From the human T2T-CHM13v2.0 reference genome, Homo sapiens: DNA of 64,000 bases. Positions 43,966 to 61,241 of this stretch are shown piece by piece. The notes beneath the pieces were generated by a model. That model saw only the letters and a list, made by a program, of their open reading frames with translations, ran no database searches and was not told where the DNA came from. The DNA lies in assembly GCF_009914755.1 (NCBI RefSeq), contig NC_060939.1; one strand, given 5' to 3'. The translations under genes and the position numbers were made by a program. The stretch's first letter is position 1. The number at the start of each line of letters is the position of its first letter.

Positions 43966-46900
43966 GAAGAAGGTAGCAGTGAGGGCAGCCAGCCCTCAAG
44001 CTTCAGCAGAAGGTTGCAGGTGCCTTAACTAGGAGGAAGCAAAGAGGAGGAAGAGGAGGAAAGTGCGGGCTGCAGTTTCCAAATGCCTGATAGAGATGGC
44101 AAAGTGAGCCTGGCCAGCAGGCAGCTGGATACATAGCCGGGAGCTGAGAAGAGAGAGAGAAGAAGGATCCATGTCCCATGCCATCACAGACACCAAGGAG
44201 GGACCCATTCCACTCGCACACATATTATCTCCTCAAACTACCTGCAAATTGGTCATGTCTGACCCCTGGTCTGGAAGGGGCTTCAAGTGCCCCTTCCTGC
44301 CCCTTTTTGCTCCCCCATCCATTACTCTCCTGGAGTCTAAGTCGCCACTGCCCCGTTACAAATCCAAGAAATATGTAGTTCCATAAAAAAAGAACACAGT
44401 TAAACCAAAGTGACAGGCCATCTTCTCAAAAGCAAAACACACGTAGGAAAAAAAAATGCTGAAAAGTTCTGGCAGAGGACAGCACATAAACACATTCCAA
44501 GGCATTGCACGACTTTTGTGCAACATTGAACTGGCCAATAATATAAGGGGAGGGGAAAATACGCGAGTCGACACAGCAACTGTCACATCGCATTACTCAG
44601 GCTACCACTTCCATACAGATGTCTTCCTTAAAGACAAACACTTCCCCAGATGCCCCATGAACTTCAGCGCCTCTTTGCCACAGAGAAGGAAACATCTGGT
44701 TTGCAGTAGATTTGCATCAGCCTCCCTCTGTTTCTCAGGCCTTTCTTGCCTTAAGCAATTTTGTTTTCATGAGTCTAGATTTTAACCAGAGGAAGATGGA
44801 GCGAGGTGGGGTGCCTGGATCCAGAGGTACAGCTGAACTGCAAGGTTTTGGGGACAAAAAGAAACCCACGCTAAAGCTGTACATCTAGGAAAGGAGTCTT
44901 AAAATCACCAGCCGGACCAAGGCAGGCTTGGCACGTTTCTCGGGTTTGGGGGAAGCAAAAAGAGATGCAGACAGCTCCCCAAATGCGGTGGTAAAACCTT
45001 CAAGGTGCCTCCCAGAAGCAACCCACCCCCACCACACCAAGCCCAAGGCTCCGTCCTTGACACTCGAAATATTTTCCATGGAGCGTCCCTGTCTTCCAAA
45101 TACCATTAGTCCCTTGGTAAGAAAGTGGGATGCTGTTTTCCCCTATATTTAAATCCAGCTCACAGTAAGTGCCATAAAGAGGGAAATCCCAAACTCTAGC
45201 CAACATGCACTTCCAAAACATTTCGCTGTCCTTGTGAGTAGCCAGCCCTTCAACTGGCACCTTTTAGGGCCCAACGAAAACAAATCTCTCTGTTCCTAGC
45301 ACGGGGCTCCTTTAGGTTGTATGAGAAGTGGCTTGGGTCACTACTCAACCTGGGGGCCACCTAACACTGGCCAAACATCCGTGGCCACATGGGCACCTCA
45401 GCTGCCCAGAGACGCAGGTATTTAAATAAAGCCTGAGTTTCTGGCCAGAGCTCTTTTCCCTCAAACTGTCAAACCTACTTCAGCAGGGTTCTGCCAATGT
45501 GGAGGGTGGGATTTGACCTGCCTCGGACTGACGTTTCCCTTTGCATGATCCAGAAAGAAAGCACAGACTAAAATATAAAGACGCTATGTCCACATGCTCA
45601 TGGCAGGCATATTTACAGGGTGCCTCCTAACCAGGTGGTCCCTGAAGCAGGCTCCGGGAAATCTCCACTCTGCATCCTTCGTGTTCATGAGTCTGCGGGG
45701 CCATCACACTTCAAAGCCAGAAAAATTGCAATCACCGCTCCACACGCCAAAACCCAGACTTCACTAGGTCAGCGAGCCTCTCCCCATCTCCCACCACCCC
45801 AGTTGTTTTTCATTCTTTTCACTAGATATACACAAACTGCCCTCATCCTGCTAGTCAGCACTGCACTGCACCCATCCATCCCACCAGAGGGCCCAGCCCC
45901 TCCCTTCAAGGCCCACCAGCAGAGACCAGGAGCTGCTCTAGCTGGGCCCCCTTCTAGGAGTCCCAAATTCACAATCCCCACCCGCTTCCAGCCCTCCATC
46001 CCTGACCCATCCCCAAAATCTGGGCAGCCTGCACAGCAGAGAGGAGCAGCTCAGACAGGACCTCCTGGCCCCAAAGAAGTTCCCTGAGGTTCCCTCCCAA
46101 CCACCACCTGCCCCCGGCACAGCCCAGAGAGGGTCTGGCCACAGCCCCACCATGTCGCAATCTCCCGGCCCAGGACAGCCATGCGGAAGGCAGGCTACAC
46201 CAAGGCTCTGGTTTCAGCTGAATGTTTGCCTTGGCCCCTGCTGTCCCTGTAGGCTATAACGGGCATGCTTTTCCAGGAAAAAATCATCATTTTTTGATTC
46301 TCTGCTTGTTTTTCTCCGGGTGCACATGCTGTGCAATCACCAAAAACTGTAAATCAATTAGCAGCCATTTGAAGGGTTAGTGCTATGCTTGGTCACAAAA
46401 CGTCCTGGGAGTTGGCTGGAGGGATAGATGTTCTAATCAGGGAAGGCAACAACTGCAAACACTATTGCTTCAGCCTTCCTTCTCCCTCAGTGTCTTGATT
46501 TCTGTTTCTTAGCCCAGCTGCCTCCCCATCCCACATCTCCCCCATGGAGAGACCTAACTAATATTTACAAACACCCTCTGGGGATGCTGGCAACCCAACA
46601 GAGCCCAGAAGATCTAAGTGGCAGGACCCCTCCCTTCAGAGAGGTTATAATCTACCAAAGAAGGTCAACCACAGGCAATGACCAGGGCTAGGAATAGCAA
46701 CAGGTGATAACTGCAAGGTGCTATGCCCCACAACGCAGACACGCCTACGGCACAGGTTCCCACCCAGGTGGAGGATCCAGGCCCAGACTCCTCCTCCCGC
46801 TGCCGAATCTTACTTCCCCCTGCTTTTGCTATTCCCCAGACCCTTCAGATGGGAGCTCAGGTTGACCTTGCCCTGTGCTTTTTCTCCTAGATAACCGAGC

Positions 46901-48540
46901 ATGGCTGGTACCACCACCTAGCCACGCTGAAACCTTCCTCACCATTGCTTTCAATCCACTCCATGTGTCTCCAACCTGTGCCCCCTGCCAGGCAAGCCCC
47001 CAGCATCTCTGCCGAGGTTGCCAGCAGCCTCCCCAAGATTCACTGGCATGTCCTTCCTTCCAATCATGGGCAGGGCATTTTGCCAAGGACTGAAGATACA
47101 GAGCCAGGATCCCTGTCCCCACCCCATCCTCCATAACATCACCAGGCTTCTTTGGAAATCTCCGCTTCCTTTCAGCACTCCTTCTGCATGCCCCCCAGGC
47201 AGCCAAGGGCTGAGAGCAAGCAGGGAGGGCCTGTTGCTGCAGGTCCACAGCCCCTAGTGCTGGGGACAGAGCCAGCCTCTGTGAGAGCCAAGCGCGGGCA
47301 CCACCACTGAGTCTGGACGCCAGGAGGCAGAGCCAGAGGTCCTGAGGAAATGGGCAGTGGGCGGTGGATAACTTATCTGGTTTCACACCCCCGTACCGGC
47401 TAGACTGCCACTTCCCTGCCAAGAACCAGGGAGGGCTCCCAACTGCTTCCAGCAATACCCAAGAGCCTCCTTACTCCAAAACCTTCTGCAGCACTGTGGC
47501 ATCATATCTTTGTCATTTTACTCAATTATAATTTTTTTTTCCTTTTTCTAAAACATTTGATGACAAAAGTTTTCAAACATTTGTTACAGTGGACACCCAC
47601 ACACTCACCACCTAAATCTACCATGAATATTTTATCATCCTTACCTGTCTGCCTATCTATCTATACCTCTCCTATCATAGGTTTAATTTTAATTTTCGGG
47701 TCTTTACTCTTTAGTCTGTACATGCTGAAGCTAATCAGTTGTGAATTCCTGTTGCCACAGAGGTTTCCAGAAACTTAAATCATGAGTAGAAAGAAATTTT
47801 ATATTCATTTTTATATTATGGGTGTGGATTTTAATTTTATCTCATTTGGTTTTTTTACATGTAATTCCTCAATCCGTTTGGAGTTTATTTGGGTTGTTGT
47901 ATAAGGCAAGGGTCTTGCCTTTGTTTATTTCCCAAACAGCTGCATTTGACTGCATATCAATTACAGTTTGCCATTTTTAATCAGCCTCTGGAACATTCTT
48001 TGCCTTGCCCTCTGATCATCTGACTCCTGGGCTTCATATGAAAAAATAAAATAAAATAAAAGTTGTCAGAAAGAGAGCTGATAAGAGGAAATCTTACAAG
48101 ACAAATCAGCAAGTTTCCTGACAAGTACAACAGGAAGACTCCATCTGGAACTAAAGGTGTGGCCCAGGAGCTTGCAGAAAAGAGGCCCATTCAGAAAGGG
48201 TCAGATGTTACGAAGGTGTTACAGTGGGGGATGGACAAAGGTGCCTGTAACTGAGTGCAGAGCCCCAGGCCTGGCACAATCCTTAAAGAATAAGGTGGGG
48301 AAGACCAGAGCACTGAGTAAGCTCAGGCAGGCTGGGAAACTGCTCGTGAAAACAGGGTGAGGGGCCCGGGTAGGCTGGCTGGACTTGGAGAGAACCTTGA
48401 GGAAGAACACGCATTGGCCAGATGCTCTAATGGTCACAGAGGACCATATTCACTGGAAAGCCAACTGGTCCCCAAATTAGGAATGGCTTGGAAACTGGAA
48501 ATAGTGGATTAGAGTATAAGGCAAGGGTCTTGCCTTTGTT

Positions 48541-48919
48541 TTTCTGTTGTTGTTGTTTGGTTGGTTTTTTGTTTATTTTTTTATTATTATTATACTTTAA
48601 GTTCTAGGGTACATGTGCACAACGTGCAGGTTTGTTACATATGTATACATGTGCCATGTTGGTGTGCTGCACCCGTTAACTCGTCATTTACATTAGGTAT
48701 ATCTCCTAGTGCTATCCCTCCCCGCTCCCTCCACCCCACAACAGGCCCCAGTGTGTGATGTTCCCCTTCCTGTGTCCAAGTGTTCTCATTGTTCAATTCC
48801 CACCTGTGAGTGAGAACGTGCGGTATTTGGTTTTCTATCTTTGCGATAGTTTGCTCAGAATGATGGTTTCCAGCTTCATCCATATCCCTACAAAGGACAT
48901 GAACTCATCCTTTTTTATG
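48541..48919 (-). mobile_element. 5'-truncated L1PA4/5-like 3' end
   Basis: tatactttaagttctagggtacatgtgcac...; imperfect TSD tctt(gc/at)ctttgttt. Confidence 0.9.
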
Positions 48920-49607
48920 TCTTATCTTTGTTTATTTCCCAAACAGCTGCATTTGACTTCATATCAATTACAACTTGCCATTTTTAATCTGCCTCTGGGA
49001 CATTCTTTTAGAGATTTGCTCCTTTTAGAGATGCTCAAGTCTCTAGACCCAGTGAATTCACATCCCAAGGAGCAGAACCTGTGAATGTGATGCTGAAGTT
49101 GAAATCCACTCTCTGTAATTATACAGTGACAGGAATGGCCAAAAAGACCAAACATGAACCAATGCTGCCCCAGTGCATAGGGGGATAACATCAGCCTTAG
49201 TATTAATGCCTGGTTCTCCTAGCATCCCCTCCTGACAAAGGTCCAGAGTGAATTGTGAAAGATGGTCTATAAGGACCAAGAAAAGAAAGACTGGACTTAA
49301 AATCAGTATGAATTCCCCAAAACCAGATGATACAAAACTGACCTCACCTCCTTTTCTCAGAGTGTTCCCAGACTAGTGTTAGGAGAACAATTAAACATAA
49401 GTCATCTTGGTTTCAGCAGCCAGGTTTCCCTCCACTCTAAATTTCAAGCATTCATTTCATAAAGTCTCTTGAAATCTTTTTGTGGATGAGCCAGCAATGT
49501 GTGCTAAATAATGGGTTGAGTGTGTTTTTAAAGGTATAATAATTGCATGAATAATGATCAGCATTTTTTTAGGTACTTGGATTACAAATAAAGAAAGCAC
49601 ACCATCA

Positions 49608-49900
<293 letters not shown>

Positions 49901-49979
49901 ATGAATGCATGCCTTCAAAGGACACAAGCTATACAGTCAGAAGAAAGAGCTAATATAGCTGGATGGAAGGACCCACTCT

Positions 49980-51520
49980 TTAAACACAATGAAATAATAG
50001 ACCCAAGAAAAACATAATCAGAAAACACAGGCATAAATCTTCATGACCTTGGATTAAGTAATGGTTTCTTAGATGTGACATCAAAAGCAAACACAACAAC
50101 AAAAAAATAGATAAAGTGGACATCATAAAAATTAAAAACATTTATGTGGCACATATACACCAGGGAATACTATGCAGCCATAAAAAGGGATGAGTTCATG
50201 TCCCTTGTAGGGACATGGATGAAGCTGGAAACCATCATTCTGAGCAAACTATCACAAGGACAGAAAACCAAACTCCACATGCTCCCCCTCATAGGTGGGA
50301 ATTGGACAATGAGAACACTTGGACACAGGGTGGGGAACACCACACACCGGGGTCTGGGGTGGGGGGAGGGGGGAGGGATAGCACTAGGAGATATACCTAA
50401 TGCAAATGACGAGTTAACAGGTGCAGCACACCAACATGGCACATGTATACATATGTAACAAACCTGCATGTTGTGCACATGTACCCTAGAACTTAAAGTA
50501 TAATTTAAAAAATTAAAAACATTTGTGCTTCAAATGATACCACCAACAAAGTGAAAAGACAACCCACAGAATGGGAGAAAAATTTTGCAAATCATATAGC
50601 TGATAAAGAATTTGTATCCAGAATATATAAAGACTAGATTTTAAATCTCACAACTCAATACTAAAAAGACAAATAACCTGATTTTAAAATAGCAAAAAAT
50701 AAGAATAGACAGTTCTTTAAAGAAGATATACAAATGGCCAATAAACACATGAAAAGATACTCATATCATTAGTCATCGGGGAAATGCAAATCAAACCCAC
50801 ACCCAGGGACACCACTTCACACCCACTAGAATGGTTATTGATTTATTGCCAATAATAAGTGTTGACAAGGATGTAGAAAAATCGGAATCCTCAAACATTG
50901 TTGAAGGAAACACAAAATGTTGCAGTGGCTTTGGAAAACAGTACAGATCCTCAAAAGGTTAAACATAATTACCGTATGATTCAGCAATTCATCCCACTCC
51001 TGGGCTCCCAAGAGAAATGAGAACACATCCCCAATGCAAAAACTTGTACACAAATTTTCACAGTGGCATTATTCATAGTCCAAAAGTGGAAATAATCGAA
51101 GTGTCCATCAACTGATGAATGGATAAACAAATGTGATGTATCTGCATAGTGGAATATTATTCAGCCCTAAAAATGAAGGAAGTACTGAAACATGCTCTAA
51201 CATGGATGATCCTTGAACACATTATGCTATGTGAAAGAAGTCAGGCACAAAAGGGCATATATTGTATGATTCCATTCATAAGAAATGTCCAGAATAGGCA
51301 AATCCATAGAGAAAGTAGATTAGTGGCTGCCTGGGGCTGGGGAGGGTAGAAGGATCGTGATAGATGAAGGGAGTGGGGTTTGTTTTAGGGGTAATGAAAA
51401 TGTTCTGAAACTGATTGTATGATGGATGCACAACTCTGTGTATGCTAAAAAACATGAACTGTAAACCTTAAATAGAGGAATTATATGGTATATGAATTAT
51501 ATCTCAATAAAGCTGTTATT
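49980..51520 (+). mobile_element. L1MB-like ORF2 end and 3' UTR, interrupted by L1PA
   Basis: L1MB 3' motifs ending tgaattatatctcaataaagctgtt. Confidence 0.75.
50144..50507 (+). mobile_element. 5'-truncated L1PA4/5-like 3' end
   Basis: Ends gtaccctagaacttaaagtataa; TSD aaaaattaaaaacattt. Confidence 0.9.
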
Positions 51521-51838
51521 TATATATAGTGGAATAAAGATAAGTTCCTATCTTTAGGTTTGAAACATCAACTACACAAACTTTGAAAGAGAGTGATGTC
51601 TTAATAACAAGTTCATGTGGAAAGCCCAGGGCCGGGCACGCAGGTGGTGAGTGAAGTGTCAGGTGAGTCAAACTTGGGCAGGAAATGCCCAGTTAAACTG
51701 AGGCTAGCTTTGTGGAAGCAAAATGTCCAGTCCAAGAAGAGTGAACACTTACCCAACCACCACTCTAATCTCACGGTTCTCTAGACAAGCATTTCGTAGC
51801 CTGCAGTGTGCCTGCAAATCGCCTGGGGATCTTGTTAA

Positions 51839-52396
<558 letters not shown>

Positions 52397-53372
52397 TGAA
52401 CCCAGGACTAACTTACTACAAAACCCAGGTGCTTCCACAATGGCACCCATGACACAAGTTCTGACGTCGTGCTAAAAGAAGCCTAGACCTGAAAGAGGGA
52501 CCCAGGGTGCGACAAGCTCTGCAGCCTGTATCCCAGGAGAAGCAATTGGAGACTGAGAGATGTGTGATCTGGTGGAGGGGAGGACTTTGAAAATGCAGCA
52601 CACCTGAGTGGAGAAGCCATGCCCACCTACCTGGATGACCCCACGCGAGGCACAAGGCCAATGGAGAGGCATATGGCCCTATCAGTTTGGGCTCCTCATG
52701 AAGAATGTTCTAACAATCAGAGCTATCCCAGAATAGAACAGGCTCCTGGGGGTGCAGAGGCCCAGACCATAGGCCAGTGCCTCCCAGAAAACACTTGTGT
52801 GATTTTGACACATCTGAACACCACCTGTCCTCTTATTAGCCCTGCCATAAATGAGGCATCATTTGCTATAATTATAAAAATACCTTACAAAGACAAAACA
52901 TAGCATTCTAGCTAAGGGTACTCAGCTGGGAGGCCTACTCTCTTTTTTCAAAAATAAAAAAGGTGATTAAAAAGTGTTAGTCAAGCACTAAAGGCATATT
53001 GGCAGGAAGCAAAAACGTTTTCCTCAAAATATTGAAAATTAAAACCCAAAAGATTATCCTTTTCCTCCGTCTGAAATTCAGCCGCACCTCCTTAAAATCA
53101 TCTTGGAAAACACTGGACCTAATGACCTCAACACCCTTTCAAACCATGAGTTTCTAGACCCCTGCATTCCTTCTCTAAAGTGAAATAGCCCTAGTTTCTT
53201 CAAGCGTTGCTCAAAAGGTTCCAAGTCCTCTCATCCATCATCCCCATTACTCTCCATGGATAAGTGCTGTTTGCTTCCGTCACAGCCTGAGCAGCACCAA
53301 AGAAAACTGAGCTATAACTGAGCTGGACCTATCCTTCCATTAGTGCCACATCGCGCCTGCCTTAAGGCTCAC

Positions 53373-53460
53373 CTGATGAGAGCCACAGCCTCTTGACCCA
53401 AGGGGCATCGAGACACATCCGCTCCAGCCCATCCCTGATCAGTCGGGGCTTTTGGATGGA
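53373..53460 (-). other. Candidate 88-nt exon of FAM169B, not homologous to FAM169A
   Basis: Acceptor gtcatgcag|TCC (weak pyrimidine tract) and strong donor CAG|gtgagc; open in phase 0 to 1. Confidence 0.45.
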
Positions 53461-53540
53461 CTGCATGACATTTATACAAGGAGGCAGTTTGGATCAGTAT
53501 AAGGAACAACTTTCTGACAATTAATAAGAATCCAAGAAGA

Positions 53541-54270
<730 letters not shown>

Positions 54271-54734
54271 CTATTATGCTGCACAGGACACAGGAAGAAA
54301 TGAGAAAAGCTGAACGTCATCATCTGATGTCAATCTTGAAGGCTAGGATGAGTGGTTTTGATTTTACACGGAAGATCAGAAAAAGGCCCCAACTTTTTTG
54401 ATGAGAGAAGTTTTTTTAATATGTATAAACATTTGAGATCCATTAATAATTAACAAATGAGAATAACAAAAGGAAATAAATGAAGTAACAAATAAGGAGA
54501 CATAAGTGGAAGCTGAAGTCCTTGCAAAGGCACGGGAGCAACCTAGGAAAGGGGGTTCCTGGCAGCCTTCAGCCATGTCCCCTCAAAGAATATAAACCAG
54601 CCTCTGTCCAGAGAAGCATCCAGAAAGAGCCCGCCAGGAGCCACGGGGACAAGGGCACCTGCTCTCACCCCTGCTCCATGGAAAGTGCAGTCACAGTTTC
54701 TTAAAGGGGAAAGGTGGAAAGCTTCATTACTTAC

Positions 54735-54815
54735 CTCGTAACAGCAGACTGCCACCACGAACGATAACCACTTGCCACAGGGGAATTCACAATTCCAGGA
54801 TGTTTTTCATTTGCT
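54735..54815 (-). other. Candidate alternative first (5' UTR) exon of FAM169B; 5' boundary approximate
   Basis: Consensus donor GAG|gtaagt at 54735/54734; no clear acceptor; adjacent GATA/ETS motif cluster. Confidence 0.45.
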
Positions 54816-54890
54816 TGCGGAGTTATCGGAAGTGACTGTGATGGGTTCAACCACCTTATCAATAATTAACTCATACCCAGGGCTTATCAA
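54760..54890. promoter_or_regulatory. GATA x4 plus ETS motif cluster, putative internal promoter or enhancer
   Basis: CGATAA 54762-54767, TTATCG 54823-54828, CTTATCA 54855-54861 and 54883-54889; CGGAAGTG 54827-54834. Confidence 0.4.
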
Positions 54891-56094
54891 ACAGCTTCTG
54901 ACTCCTTTAGCTTCCATTTAAACACACAAACACACAAACACGCACGGCCTTCACAAATAGAACTTCTCCAAGAAAGTGGCAAAGGAACTAGTGATAGCAT
55001 TCTCCACGGTCACAGCTAAGCATAGAGGGGAGGTGACACATTTGTCAAAGCTGTGAAGAGGGTCCCTGATAGCATCGGCTGCTGCACAGTCCACATGCTT
55101 CAAGCCACAAGACATGCTCTGGAAATGTGCGATGTGTTTGGGAAAGAACTCGTGTCTGCTTCCAAATACCGGATTAAAGAGCGAGAGCGTGGGGCTCCAG
55201 GAACACCTGAGTGCTTTTTTTGAAACCATGCAAAATCACAGCCAACACAATTGAGCCCACAGCAGTAGGAAAACATTTTGAAACGTTATTTAAAGTGCTA
55301 TTATATATAACGAATGGTCCATAGTGAGATGTCTTGGAGCTTATGAATATTTATTATAGTACATTCTTGAAAACAACAAAAAAAATTAAGTCCAATACAA
55401 ATGAGAAACAGATTTATAAGAGTCAGTCATATGTTTACATTATGCAAATTGTAGTTAAAGACCTATAACCAGAATATTGTTAAATGCCTAAAAGGGGGTG
55501 GTGGGGCAGCTGATATGTGAGCATTTTCTTAAAATGGGCAAACAATATTCTTAGAGTTTTTGACAATCTGTGCACTGAAGGGTTCATGTGGGTACATCTT
55601 GGTACTTTCAGCGACTTGGTGGTGGAGTCACAAATCCAAGGCAATATCAAAGGCCTGAGGTTCTCATAGGTCCCCTGTTCACAACAGCCAAAGCTCCACC
55701 GGACAGAGGTAGGAAGCACCCTGAACCTCGACAGAAAGCTCTCACACACATCTCAGCCACCTCCAGCCCTGAAGCAATGAGGAGGCTTTGCCTGCATGCT
55801 GAAAACTCCCACACAGCTGGCTAAGCACACTTGAGTTTCACGTTTAGCAAACACAGAGGCCTTGAGGACGTGCAGAATAGCTTGCCCCAAAGATGTCACC
55901 TTGGGCTTTGTGACACGCACTATGTGGGGCATCCTCTGAGTACAGGTCCCAGACAGACATGCAGGTGACAGGCAAAGGTCTATGTCTAAGGAAGCTGGAA
56001 GCTGAAGGAGGCCCCCATTTGCAGATATAGTAAAAGATCCATAACCCCAAACTTTCACCAGATACCACATCATCGAAGGAGGGCGGACCAATAG

Positions 56095-56300
56095 CATTAG
56101 TCCGTTTTCATGCTGCTGATAAAGACATACCCAAGACTGACTAATTTATAAAGAAAAAGAGGTTTAATGGACTCACAGTTCCACATGGCTTGGGAGGCCT
56201 CACAATCATGGTAAAAGGCAAAAGGCCTGTCTTATATGGCAGCAGGCAAGAGAGAATGAGAGCCAACCAAAAGCGGAAACCCCTTACAAAACCATCAGAT
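56095..56300 (-). mobile_element. THE1 (THE1C-like) LTR, only one half present
   Basis: attagtccgttttcatgctgctgataaagacataccc...aaaaccatcagatc, cut off abruptly by an Alu. Confidence 0.8.
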
Positions 56301-56301
56301 C

Positions 56302-56927
<626 letters not shown>

Positions 56928-57107
56928 ATGCACACGTTCTCTGGGCCCTACAGGCCCAGTCTAGGCTCCCTGTCAGCCCTGGGACAGAGAAGCTCAACTC
57001 TGAGCACTTGTTTGTTATATGAGACAGAAACCAGTGTCTCTAATACTGAGATTGTCCCAGAGACTTCTCTGAAGTGCCCACATCCAAAGCCCTCTTTGTG
57101 GTCATCA

Positions 57108-59362
<2,255 letters not shown>

Positions 59363-59692
59363 TAGGTATAAAGTCATTTCGCATTCCTATCACATTAAAA
59401 CAACTTAATTTTAGTAGCTGTCTTATGCTGTCACTAATAACACTAAAATTCTTCACTCACTGAGTATTCTACATATTGGGGCGGGGTGAAAGTAATGTAA
59501 TCCATAAATATGTGTGAAATACATGCAGATGATTGAAACTCCATCCTAAAGTACTTCAGGGCTAACTCTTGTAATTCTCCCCACTTCCGAGATGACCTAG
59601 CACCCCCACACTCCATGCAACTCTGCCCCTCACCACGCTGGCTCGCTAAGACAGCCGCTAGCCTTGACCGAGCTTTTGTCTTTTTGGCTTAA

Positions 59693-59711
59693 TAGCCACT
59701 AGGGGGCGCTA
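59693..59711 (+). promoter_or_regulatory. CTCF binding motif
   Basis: TAGCCACTAGGGGGCGCTA matches the consensus TGGCCACCAGGGGGCGCTA at 17/19 positions, in non-repetitive, locally CpG-containing DNA. Confidence 0.8.
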
Positions 59712-60695
59712 GAAGCGTGTGAGGAAAGCGACCTCCATCTGCAGATCAAAAACGTGGAGGCTTTTGATCACAGATGAGCGCTGGATTCTTCAGGGAATGA
59801 CTGCGAGCTAGCATCTCCAAAATCTCAAGGAAGCCACACAATAAACTGTACAAGTCATTGTTTTCATTAACTCAGGAACAACTTCAGTGCAGAGAAATAA
59901 AACCCTGTCTTTCTCAACCAACTTTGCCCGCCAGATAACAATACCTGCTGTGAGTGAAATTGTATCCGTATAAAACAAGAAAACTTTGTCTCTTTCAACA
60001 GATCAGACTCAAATCTGAAAGAAAGGTAGCTGACATAGGTATTGACTAAAACTTACATATTCTTTTTACTTACTGCAGGGAGGGAAATAAAGATCTTAAA
60101 AGTAACACAATTTTAATATTTCACCCACAATCCTACTGTCCTAACAAATGGTTTTCATTTCTCTCTGTTACTTTTCAGTCCCTACTCAAAATGCATAGAA
60201 TTGCATCAGTGCCAAAAATCAAAATTGATATAACTTCATTCCACATCACAAAGTTTTGGAACTGAATCAAACCTCGGAGATTGAAGACCAACCAATCCCC
60301 TCATTTACAAATGGGGAAACCGAGGTAGCTGGGCATAGCACACAGTATCTCACTTAATTCTCATAACAACACTATAAGATATGTGCTGTTATTGTCCCCA
60401 GTCTAGAGATGACAATACCGAGACCAGAGAGGTTAAGACACTTGCTCAAGGTCACACAGCTAGTAAGTTAGTGGTAGACATTCATACAGGCTTTCTGGCT
60501 CACTGCCTGGCAACTCTGGACGGACACTCTGGACTCCAGAATCCCAATGCAGGATTCATTCTGCCTCTGAGGGTGCACTTATTCTAATACTCACTCCAGA
60601 ATGGTTTTTTTTTTAGTCTATTATATTCTTTCAATAACATTCTACTCTGTAAATTAGATTTTACAGAGCTCTTCGCCAAGGAAGATCACGTATAC

Positions 60696-60824
60696 CTTCT
60701 CCCCAGTGGGAAGACAGAAAACCTCAGCTGGGGCCCCAGCTCCTTCCCTAAGTGAGGCATGGTAAGCCAGAGCTGCTTCCTGTTGTGCGTCAGGATCATC
60801 TTCCAACACATCTACTGGATACAT
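60696..60824 (-). CDS. FAM169B: Ancestral upstream coding exon of FAM169B (MYPVDVLEDDPDAQQEAALAYHASLREGAGAPAEVFCLPTGEK); exon 60696-60826
   Basis: Acceptor tttcaccccagcag|GCATG (tandem NAGNAG) and donor GAGAAG|gtatac; 43 open codons; similar to recalled FAM169A MAFPVDMLENCSHEELENSAEDYMSDLRCG...ECFSL. Confidence 0.8.
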
Positions 60825-60925
60825 GCCTGCTGGGGTGAAAGAGGCAAGAAAGGACATTAGTTTTACTCTTTTGTGAAAGGAAAGTCACTTATTCCTTGAG
60901 GAGTTTTTTAAAAAGTGAACACTTG

Positions 60926-61241
<316 letters not shown>

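Noticed and set aside
45000-45260. Minus-strand ORF containing FPLYG, echoing FAM169A VPLYG
   Set aside because: No further similarity and no suitable phase 0 to 1 splice boundaries.
46829-47455. 208-aa minus-strand ORF
   Set aside because: Non-ATG start, GC-rich intronic DNA, no recognisable domain or exon structure.
55442-55449. Octamer ATGCAAAT
   Set aside because: A single 8-mer with no adjacent SOX half-site; expected by chance in 64 kb.
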